64,000 bases of DNA, from the NCBI GenBank assembly GCA_965644295.1, contig CBFFRP010000435.1, positions 186,001 through 250,000 of the forward strand, in the 5' to 3' direction. The notes beneath the pieces were generated by a model. That model was not told the DNA's origin. It was given only the letters and a program-made list of their open reading frames with translations, and searched no databases. This document shows, one piece after another, positions 49,546 to 59,173 of the stretch. The DNA comes from Paraphysomonas bandaiensis (taxonomy: Eukaryota > Protista > Chrysophyceae). Within the stretch, counting starts at the first letter, position 1. Every line of letters begins with the position of its first letter. The position numbers were made by a program, and so were the translations under genes.

Positions 49546-49948
49546 ATCTTAATATTATCATGATAATGACTTGTGTACCTGAAGTTGTCGTGAAAACAGT
49601 GTACACAGTCACAACACTTAAGACCAGGCCACAATGATTCGTCGAAGCAGAAGTGTTCTCCTTAGAGAGCACATGGACCCTTTACGGTCTCATATGGGCC
49701 CACACGAACCCACAGGTGTACTTCAGTGTCTCATAATAGCCCATAGGTGTTCTCTGGTGTACACCTGTGAGATAGTGTATCATATTGGTGTAAGTAGTCA
49801 AGTTGTAGCGACTATTCAAAACTCTGAACGACACTACAAGAATCCTGACTGATATCACACCATCATATTACTCCTCGCCGTTAGACGTATATAGATTAGC
49901 AGTTCCATTCTATCTGAAACTCATACATCTGTCTACACTCCTGCAGAA

Positions 49949-50232
49949 ATACATACATACATACATACATACATACATACATACATACATACATACATAC
50001 ATACATACATACATACATACATACATACATACATACATACATACATACATACATACATACATACATACATACATACATACATACATACATACATACATAC
50101 ATACATACATACATACATACATACATACATACATACATACATACATACATACATACATACATACATACATACATACATACATACATACATACATACATAC
50201 ATACATACATACATACATACATACATACATAC
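49949..50232. repeat. perfect (ATAC)n microsatellite, about 71 units
   Basis: Uninterrupted ATAC run of 284 bp, read directly. Confidence 0.98.
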
Positions 50233-50366
50233 TGTACATGTACATGCAAGCACCCATCTACTATGTCATTGCACTGTGTTTCATTGTATATATATCCATT
50301 CAATAGAGTAATTACATCACTACCCTCTCCATACATCATTGACAATCTCATCAGAGTATATCCACA

Positions 50367-52765
50367 ATGACTTCAAACACCAATTCCTCTGACCAGGATG
50401 AAGTTCGCCGTAAGTCTCTGCGTCCCTCTCCAGATAGTGATGTGGTCACTAGTGTGATATCAAGCAGATGGGGTCTCTCTCTAATTAAATATAAACAACT
50501 AGAAAGTTATGATGATTGTAATTACTTCATTGAAGCTTCATCACTCTCAGGTGAACCCTCATGTTACTTGGTGAAGTTCTATAATGGAGTGGAGAGTGAG
50601 CGGGAAGAGATGCTGAGTGCAATGGGAGAGATGAGTGATGTATTGAGTAGTGGATGCAAACGACAGGGAACAGACACATGCAGTGATATTGATATTCCTC
50701 ACCCAATCCTTTCTTTGTCCTCAAAAAATATTGAAATGATTGATGATTGTCCGATGGCTGCGGGGGGTGTTGGGAAGGTTGCGGTCAGAGTGTTTACATG
50801 GGTTGCGGGAGTCACTCTGAATGCATACGGAAGCACTGATTCGTTACTAGCAGATGTTGGAAGAGCGCTGGGACAAGCCACAAGAGCTCTTACTGGCTAT
50901 GATAATGCTGCTTTTCACCGCTACCACGCGTGGGATATGAAGCAATTCGATCATGCTGCACAATTTTTTGAATGCATTGATGACAATACTGTGCGACATC
51001 TGGTGCAGAAAGTTCACAGATGCTTTCTGGAAGAGATTATACCAGACAGCGCGGCGTTTCCTGAATCAGTACTATTAGGTACTTGAATATATATACATAT
51101 TCTGCTCATGTAACCAAAATTGTATGTAGGAGACGTTAACGATGCCAACGTCATTATTCGTGACGATCCGACTTCCTCACTACCACGGGTTGCTGGATTA
51201 ATAGACTTTGGCGATTCTGTGTATAGTTGGACTGTGAATGACATTGCGATAGCCATGGCATATGCACTCTGTACTAGTCACTGTAGAGAAAGTTCCAATC
51301 CGGTTTCCGCGTTGATACTGCTATTGGCAAAGTACTGTGAGCATCGAGGATCTAGTCTGTTAGACATTGAAATAAAGCATTTGCAGGTACATATTTACTC
51401 TTTCGTGCCTACCATGTATTGGTGTGTAGAAATGTTACTTTTCATATGTTGGTGTCAGATCGATTCTGATTGACTACTAATATCATGTACAACATCTAGA
51501 TGTTAATCGGAGTTCGTTTGGCCGCATCCATATCAATGGGTGCTTATTCTATTCAAAAGGACCCCGAAAATGAATATTTGAAGCTTCATGCTCAGCCGGC
51601 GAGAGAAGCTCTAAAGATTCTGATGAGCTTTGACACTGATAAGATAACGAGTGTGTTTTCCCTTGCATGTAAAAGCGTTCAGACTACTGGAATCAGCTGT
51701 GCCACTTCAGTATTAAGTGAATTAGTTGCTGCCAAACCAATAACCTATTTCCAAACTTGCGAGGACAGCACACCTGCTACTAAGAAACCTCGACTTGATG
51801 AGCCCGTGTCGTCTGATAAACCAGTTCTAACATTCGTTACGGGAAACGCAAAAAAACTAGAAGAAGTAATGCAAATTTTGGGTTGCGATGACTCATCTCC
51901 CGATGCATTTCCGTACCGAATAGTCTCCCGTAAGCTTGATTTGCCAGAACTCCAAGGGTCGCCGGAAGAAGTCAGCAAGGAAAAATGCCGTTTGGCGGCT
52001 GAGCAGATTAAAGGGCCCGTTATAGTTGAAGACACAAGTTTGTGCTTTAATGCACTGGGAGGGCTCCCAGGGGTTTATATTAAGGTATTTTTATTTTGAT
52101 ACTGTAATGCCTGGGTGTGGTGCATTGGATTGATAACTGTCTTATACATCACTGTATACTGTAATGGTTAAGTTTTTCTTGTTTTCGTATGCGATAACAT
52201 CTACAGTATGTACACTACTTACACGAATATCTGTGTTGTCACTGTGCAGTGGTTTTTGGAGAAGACAGGACATGAGGGTTTAAATAACCTTTTGATGGGA
52301 TACGAAGACAAAACTGCATATGCCCAGTGCATTTTCTCGTTCTCTTATGGCCCAGGAAAGACTACTGACGAGCCATTGTTGTTTGTGGGTCGATGTCATG
52401 GTCAAATTGTACCTGCCAGAGGCCCTAACGCTTTTGGGTGAGTAATGAGCAGGTTGTTGTGGTAAATCCCAATCTATTTTTTGATCTACCAGTGTATATT
52501 CACGAAAGTTGGGTGTATCAGTGTCCGTGTATTTTTTTGTACACTGTTATCGTGGGATTGTAATTTTGTAGTGTTTTATCTGTGAGTACTACTTTGCTAA
52601 CTACACTTCTTCAGTTGGGATCCTATATTTCAGCCCGATGGATATAGTGAGACCTACGCCGAAATGGCATCGACAGTGAAGAACACTATCTCTCATCGCT
52701 ACAGGTCGTTGTGTGCTCTCAAAGATTTCTTCATTTCTGGAAAAGCGCAGAATACAAGTTGTTAG
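50367..52765 (+). CDS. hydroxylysine-kinase/APH-like phosphotransferase fused to inosine triphosphate pyrophosphatase (Ham1/ITPA), 630 aa
   Basis: Exons 50367-51078, 51130-51386, 51500-52084, 52250-52437 and 52615-52765 total 1893 nt in frame. Kinase motifs [34 protein letters not shown]. ITPase motifs [50 protein letters not shown]. Confidence 0.9.
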
Positions 52766-53392
52766 TTAGAGCGGTGAGTGTTAATCAGATTTTAGTTAAG
52801 CATTAATCGAATAGTTTCCTTTATGAAGAAGAGATAATTAATTCTGAAAATCTAAAATAGCGTGACTAGGTAATTCAACCAATTTGACTAGGTTGAATAA
52901 TATTTCCCATTTACTATTTTAAATTGTTACTTAGTATGATACTTCTTAATAATATTAATAGTTATTAGTCTACCACGTTCTGTCCAGTGGATATGTGTTT
53001 GCTTGACATAGTGGCCCGACAAGAGACTAAGAAGAACTATATCAGCAGAAAACATTGTCTTCAAGTGACATACTGAATATACGAGATACGAGAATATAAT
53101 CCATAATCCATATATCCATATTCTAATAGTTTGTTCGTCGTTCTTAATTCTTAAAACATGAAACTATGTTAAATTATAAACACGAAAATGTTCTTATGTA
53201 ATGAGCTATGTCTATTCCGAGTAAATCTCATATTTCGGTACATATACTTAGCAGTACTGCAATTCCAGAAGGTAGAGACAAGGATCCAGATTATATACTT
53301 ATTACACATAAGATATTATGAAACAAAAAACAACTATAAGACTTCACCAAATACAAACTACTGTAACGGAATATACAGCTGCAGTTCTATAA

Positions 53393-54605
53393 TTATGAAT
53401 CAGAAGGATATTTCTTGTATCGTTTGAAAAAGTCAGCGACATATCCTTGAGCACGTTTAGCGTTATACTTGTTCATTTCTACTGTTCCTCGCTTAGCCTC
53501 TTTTACGTATACCTAGCAGCAATATGATTACGCTAATATATATGATATAAAGAATAGTATTTCATCATGTGCATTGCGTAATATATTTTTAAGGATACCT
53601 TCTGCGCAAGCTTCTTACTCAGTCTCAGCATATCGTCATCTGTCGCTATTTTACCTATGGGATGAACAATGTGAGAATATTCATGTGATAATGCACTCTG
53701 GGAGAGAATATCGCGTGGCGTTGATCATTCACTTGTAAGATTAAGCCTACCTTCTTGACGATAAGGCTTGAGAAATTTACGGATATACACCCAGCATGAC
53801 TTCCACAGAGCCTACGACAGTGTTAAGAAAAGACATTAGTACACGTGCGCCCAAGTGAACATTTTCACAATATATAGCAATGATGATACTGCGTTTCAAA
53901 ACAACAATGCAGAAGCAACTTACAGTAGCAACAACGCATACAACATACTAAGGTACATGCAATGACTCATGAAAAATATATAAAGGTCATACATACTTTT
54001 TCTTGAGGAGTTCCAGGAACAGAAGAAGGAGTAGAATTAGTATCATGTGAGGCACGACTTAAATATTTGGTGGTATCTGAACTATCACACTCATGTGGTG
54101 GTGTCACAAGCGACTTGTCTTTTCCATTTACATGATTAGGTTCCGGATCTTTTGTTCTATCTACGCGCGTACTTGTTTCATGGTCCACAGAATCCACATG
54201 GTCGCTGCGAGAGCTCTCGAGACAATCTAAAGATGTCGCTACCGGTGCAGTTGAAAGAAGTACATCTTCATTAATATTTTCAACTGTTGCATCACTAAAA
54301 CGACTGCGCTTACGCCGTGGAGGTTTGTCAGTATCATCACTAGTCATCACATCCAACATATGGGACGTTTCTTCATTACTACAATGAGTATCTTTGTTAT
54401 CTGATAATACTTTCTCTTCTTCCATTCCATCTCTCTCTGTTGTCTCATCTCTCTCTCCATTTATCTCACTGTCTTTACTGTTACATACATGTATATGAGG
54501 TGGCACTACTGGAATACTCCAACTCTTATTTTCATCATCATCATTAAAATATTCATCTGCAAATGGATCATATTCATCATTATCATCCATGACATCATTT
54601 GACAT
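53393..54605 (-). CDS. acidic low-complexity protein with C-terminal SRI (Set2-Rpb1-interacting)-like domain, multi-exon
   Basis: Spliced C-terminus ...YIRKFLKPYRQEG|KIATDDDMLRLSKKLAQK|VYVKE...KRAQGYVADFFKRY resembles SRI domains. Stop at 53393-53395. Confidence 0.55.
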
Positions 54606-55017
54606 GATGAGTAGTGTATGGTATATAAAGTTTGTGGATTGTGAGGTATGTGTGTATAGATTGCTGTCAGATCACTGAGTGATCTCATACAACAACACTG
54701 CACAACACTATACTACCATACATACATAGGTACATACATACACATACACAGGTGTACGTAGGAAGTGTAGGAGTACTGTTATACTCTGTGCGGTATATAT
54801 CATACATTACAGTGTTGTACTCCACTGCTACTGTATAGCGCCGTACATGTACATTTTATACCGGTACATGATAGGTATGTATACCGGTACACCTGCTACA
54901 CCAGAACTACAGGCACATGTACATGTACAATTGATCGTATGGTTGAGTTCATTGACACCAGTATATATATATGGACAAGCGACAGTGATATCGCTATAGT
55001 GATATTAGAATATTACA

Positions 55018-55827
55018 ATGATAGAAGACACCAATGAGGAATCTAGAATTCAGGATCATGTGTACTTTGGTCCTATAATCGGTCATAAAACTGTTTATCA
55101 GTTTAACGAAAGAGTGTTTCATGTGAAATGTTTGCAGTCAAATTCTAACGAGTCTGATAGCACTGGATTGAGAATATATGCGGGAGCGCATGTAGGCATT
55201 AGATTCATATCTCAACATCGTGAATTATTAGATGGACGTAGGGTGTGTGAGATCGGATGTGGTGCAGGTGTTGTTGGATTATGTGCATGCGAATGCACTG
55301 ACCTGGAGTCTATTGTATTGACTGATGGCAGTACAGAAGCCTTGGCTCTTGCTGAGTACAACATAAATGCTTTTCAAGCTAGATCGAAAGCATCGTCGCA
55401 GACTTTAATATGGGGCGATTGTGATTCCGATTTGAAGCGTTCCAAATTTGATGTGCTCATTGGGTGCGAGTTAATGTATTATAAATTAGATATGTCATCG
55501 TTAATATCAACAGTGGAGGAATTGCTAAATACGGATGGAATATTTATACATGCTCATATCTTCCGAAAGCCCGACCAAGAGAATGAGTTGATAGCCAGTT
55601 TAGTGTCTATTGGATGGTCGACATTAGAAGTTCCTATAGAATTATTTGTAGATGCTGGAGAATTGAAGCAGCATCCGGACTGGTATAATGTGAGATGCCT
55701 TGTCTCGTCGAGAACTCAGAATATATTAGACCTTCGTAGTAAATACCCTGCGTGGTTAGAATTTGTTGAGGTTCAGCTTTCTGGGGATGACAATGAAGAA
55801 TCAGAACTTGGCAACTTATTCGGATAA
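55018..55827 (+). CDS. SAM-dependent protein methyltransferase, Methyltransf_16 (METTL21/EFM-like), intronless
   Basis: TGLRIYAGA, VCEIGCGAGVVG, LTDG, LIWG and FDVLIGCELMY motifs. Confidence 0.85.
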   Translation: MIEDTNEESRIQDHVYFGPIIGHKTVYQFNERVFHVKCLQSNSNESDSTGLRIYAGAHVGIRFISQHRELLDGRRVCEIGCGAGVVGLCACECTDLESIVLTDGSTEALALAEYNINAFQARSKASSQTLIWGDCDSDLKRSKFDVLIGCELMYYKLDMSSLISTVEELLNTDGIFIHAHIFRKPDQENELIASLVSIGWSTLEVPIELFVDAGELKQHPDWYNVRCLVSSRTQNILDLRSKYPAWLEFVEVQLSGDDNEESELGNLFG

Positions 55828-56151
55828 TTATTAATTTGTAATTAAAGTTATTAGTTTGTACATGGCCTACATACAATATCATGCCAAGCATTAGCAACGT
55901 TAACTAATCGTTGATTTGACTTACATAGAATGTGAGAATGTGATGCATTACTAAGCAGAATACGATTCTTTTATCACCAGATATATAGCACAATACGATA
56001 CTCTGCCCTAGGCCCAACTCACGGTCAGGACCATCCCAATCTACCCCCTCGCCCATATAACTCAGGTTAGGAACACTAGACTCACTCCACAAAGTCCTGC
56101 GGTGCCCTACCCCAGTACTTCATAGAGAGCTTCACCCTCACATACAAGAAT

Positions 56152-56330
56152 GGAAGTGACCGCATCTTGGTGCTTTGGTAAGCTTCTGTAGCGTTACATA
56201 GTAGAATAAAAGAATTTGTACTAATTAGTTACAGGTAGAAGTTGATCTAGCTTGAGTAGTCGTCATCTAGCTACTTATGTGGTTATGATTCTTGACGTCT
56301 ACTTCTAACTTCTAATAATAAGACTTTTAT
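56152..56330 (+). mobile_element. 3' fragment of the non-autonomous retroelement family
   Basis: AAGTGACCGCATCTTGGTGCTT...GCTTCTGTAGCG...ATTAGTTACAGGTAGA...CTAATAATAAGACTTT. Confidence 0.7.
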
Positions 56331-56466
56331 ATATCACAATATGAAAGAGTATCTCGAAGCAGCCAAGAAGAAACCATCAATTTTGATTCAATATAATACA
56401 TTGATGGCGTTACTTTCTAGTATCCAGTAAAATATATAACTTATATCTTATATGTTATATATATAA

Positions 56467-56550
56467 CAGGGTTCGGTAACAACATAAAATATATTGCAAT
56501 AGTATTGTTGGTCCCGTTCCAAAACTTCATTAATTGATCAATAGTATAGG
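56467..56550. mobile_element. truncated relative of the 42921 hAT MITE
   Basis: CAGGGTTCGGTAACAA...AATATATTGCAATAGTATTGTTGG...AAAACTTCAT matches the left half of 42921. No right TIR or TSD. Confidence 0.6.
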
Positions 56551-56888
56551 GAAAAGGAATACCGTTCCTGGTCTAGATTTCAAAACTCGGGCTTTTCGCC
56601 CTTGTTTATTTGGAGCTTTGAGCGCTGAACGATATGGTCTACTTATAACAATACGGGCAAATAAGTAAAATAGAATTTATTCTTAACGTGTGATGTCATT
56701 AGCTCAAGTTCAAATATCGTCATCACCAATAATGAGCCACTCTTCTTCATTGGGCAAAACATAATGTACAATATCTATACTCTTGCCTATAACGTTTACT
56801 AATATAAATTGATATACCCTTTTCAATATTACCATATACGTAAATTCCATGTATATATTCCGTCAAAAATGTACATAGATTAAGTAAT

Positions 56889-57479
56889 CTACTCATGGCC
56901 GGACGACTTCAAATCTCGTCGTGGGAAAAAATGAGGGGGAACAGGTGCGGCAACATGCTTCTTCGCATGGGTACTGAAAGGACCAAGACACTTTTCAATT
57001 CCCATAAACCGCACAAATTCATACTTATTGGATAAGCCCCCTCCCTTCCTTCGAACACATCGACCCCAACATTCAAAGGAAACAAGCACCCGGGGCAGAG
57101 CCTCGTTGCCATTAGTATGTGGTCCCATTGGAGGAATTCTCTCTCCTAATGCACCTTGAATAGTTTCGTATACAAATGCGTCATTAGTGATTCTATTATG
57201 AGATGAGTTATTATACACGGAATTGTTCAATATATCAACGAGAAGATGCGTTCCGTCAGGACACTTTTTGAATGATAGAATACGATAACATCTCCTGCTC
57301 TCAAACCTGCTCACATGTTCTGCGCAGTGGCCATTAAACGAAAATGATTCGACCCCTCCTCGACGTGAGTGTGTAGGTTTGGACTTCTTCTGACTTCTGT
57401 TATTTTCTTTGGCAGGAGATGATTTCTCGATCTCGTTATAGAGTTCAGTGACTCTTCGTATGATATTTCCCTCATGCAT
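56889..57479 (-). CDS. hypothetical protein, 196 aa
   Basis: ATG-initiated ORF divergent from 57888 at typical spacing. No motif recognised. Confidence 0.5.
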   Translation of the reverse strand: MHEGNIIRRVTELYNEIEKSSPAKENNRSQKKSKPTHSRRGGVESFSFNGHCAEHVSRFESRRCYRILSFKKCPDGTHLLVDILNNSVYNNSSHNRITNDAFVYETIQGALGERIPPMGPHTNGNEALPRVLVSFECWGRCVRRKGGGLSNKYEFVRFMGIEKCLGPFSTHAKKHVAAPVPPHFFPRRDLKSSGHE

Positions 57480-57887
57480 GATTGATATATCTCCGTCTTA
57501 CTTCACTACACAGAGATAATATTACTATTATATGTGTATATACTTTTAAATAGTGAGGTATGTGGAGGACTGATCAAGTTGTTATATATGGCTGGTTATA
57601 CATACATACATATGTATGTTGATCATAGGTCATCAGTTTTATATATCAATTTGGCGACTGTTGATTAGATATGTACAGGGTACCTATCTACGTACCTAAT
57701 GTACCTGCATACATAGGTACATGGGTACGTATATTAGTCACACTGCTTTCTGGATACTGATGTATCTACAGCATATTAGCATATAGCTATATGCTATGGT
57801 GCTGTCTGTACGTATGTAGATGGCAGTGCTCGATGATATGATAGCTATGAATATTATTACTCTTAACTATAAACGTATCATCACCTT

Positions 57888-58688
57888 ATGATAGTTATCA
57901 CGAATTACGGTCATCCATATGACACTGTACTATTGGTGGCCTATACAACAGCTCTCCTATCAGCCCTAGCATCCGTATTTGTCATAGCTCCATATGGAAG
58001 ATTCGCAACACAGTCTTTTGGTATTGAATTAAATCCAAAATTTGGATGGTGGCTAATGGAAATAATGGCAACTGTATCTTTCTTATATTTCTATCCACAA
58101 GGTCCTAATGCATCTAAACCTGTTCCACTGATATTTGCTGTGCTTTATCTTATTCATTATGCCAATAGAGGTTGGTACTTCCCTCTTAATATTCGTGTAG
58201 CACCTGGATCGAAATCATCGTTTTCAATATCTGTTGCTTTATCTGGATTTTTTGTGACAACAATGCATGGATACTTGAACGCTATGTGGTATTCAAAGTA
58301 TTGTACGTACTTAGATTGGGACTGGATGACCTCTCCCACATGTATATTTGGTTTACTACTTTACGAAATGTCATTTTGGTCAACTATATATTGTGAGCAT
58401 ATAATTCGCAATCTTCGAGATAAGGTTGCAGTAAAAAATGAAGCTTCCAGATATAAAATACCGAAGGGTTTCCTTTTCGAATATGTTTCAAGTCCCCAGT
58501 ACTTTACTGAAATTTTAGGATTCCTTGGATGGGCTATTATGACCTGGAGTCCTGCCGGGCTTTTTATCTTTTTAATATCTGCAGCTAATCTTGTACCGCG
58601 AGCTGTAGGGACACATAAGTGGTATCAAGAAAAGTTCAAGGAAGAATATCCTTCCAAGAGGAAGGCTCTGATACCTTTTATTTGGTAG
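57888..58688 (+). CDS. steroid 5-alpha-reductase (SRD5A/DET2-like), 266 aa, intronless
   Basis: APYGRF, GWWLME, HYANRG, LRD...YKIPKGFLFEYVSSPQYFTEI, NLVPRAVGTHKWYQEKF, RKALIPF. Confidence 0.93.
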   Translation: MIVITNYGHPYDTVLLVAYTTALLSALASVFVIAPYGRFATQSFGIELNPKFGWWLMEIMATVSFLYFYPQGPNASKPVPLIFAVLYLIHYANRGWYFPLNIRVAPGSKSSFSISVALSGFFVTTMHGYLNAMWYSKYCTYLDWDWMTSPTCIFGLLLYEMSFWSTIYCEHIIRNLRDKVAVKNEASRYKIPKGFLFEYVSSPQYFTEILGFLGWAIMTWSPAGLFIFLISAANLVPRAVGTHKWYQEKFKEEYPSKRKALIPFIW

Positions 58689-58887
58689 ATATTTTCGCTA
58701 TACAGAACTATTTACTCCCTACTTGTGGCTTTGTGATAGTGTTGTAAGTAAATATGCACGAATAGAAAATTTAAGTAAAATTTCTTAGTGCTGACAATAT
58801 TTTAAATTGTCAATGAATGAAGAGACAAAAAGTATAGAGATAGCTATAAGATTTGTTAGAAATAGACATTTTTAGTAATAAGACCTT

Positions 58888-59173
58888 TGTTAACACTTAT
58901 ATGGAATATTATATAATTATAAGAGATACCATACTTCATTCATTGACGTTCACCAACTCTTTCTATCTCTACTACACCAACCATTTCTAGTACGATCTTA
59001 CATCGTCACTATCTTGTACAGTCAGTATATTTCAGTTTTATCACTACAATGGCTATCATATTATTGGTTCTCATACTACAGCTAGCTACTACTGTATTCT
59101 TTGAGTAACGGATATAATTCTAATATCTTGGAAACTACAGCTTTTAATTGCTCACAAACAGCAAAACTCAACA
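58888..59173 (-). repeat. 3' LTR of the copia element (~286 bp)
   Basis: On the minus strand it begins TGTTGA directly after the polypurine tract GAGAGGGAG (59174-59182) and ends TTAACA. An alternative end at ~58854 (CTAACA) is possible. Confidence 0.75.

Noticed and set aside
49896-50351. ORFs of repeating MYVC
   Set aside because: They are translations of the (ATAC)n microsatellite, not genes.
2559-58688. Sterol-modification gene cluster (Rieske desaturase, GT8, 5-alpha-reductase)
   Set aside because: The two sterol enzymes are ~54 kb apart with many unrelated genes between them, and GT8 is not a sterol glucosyltransferase family.
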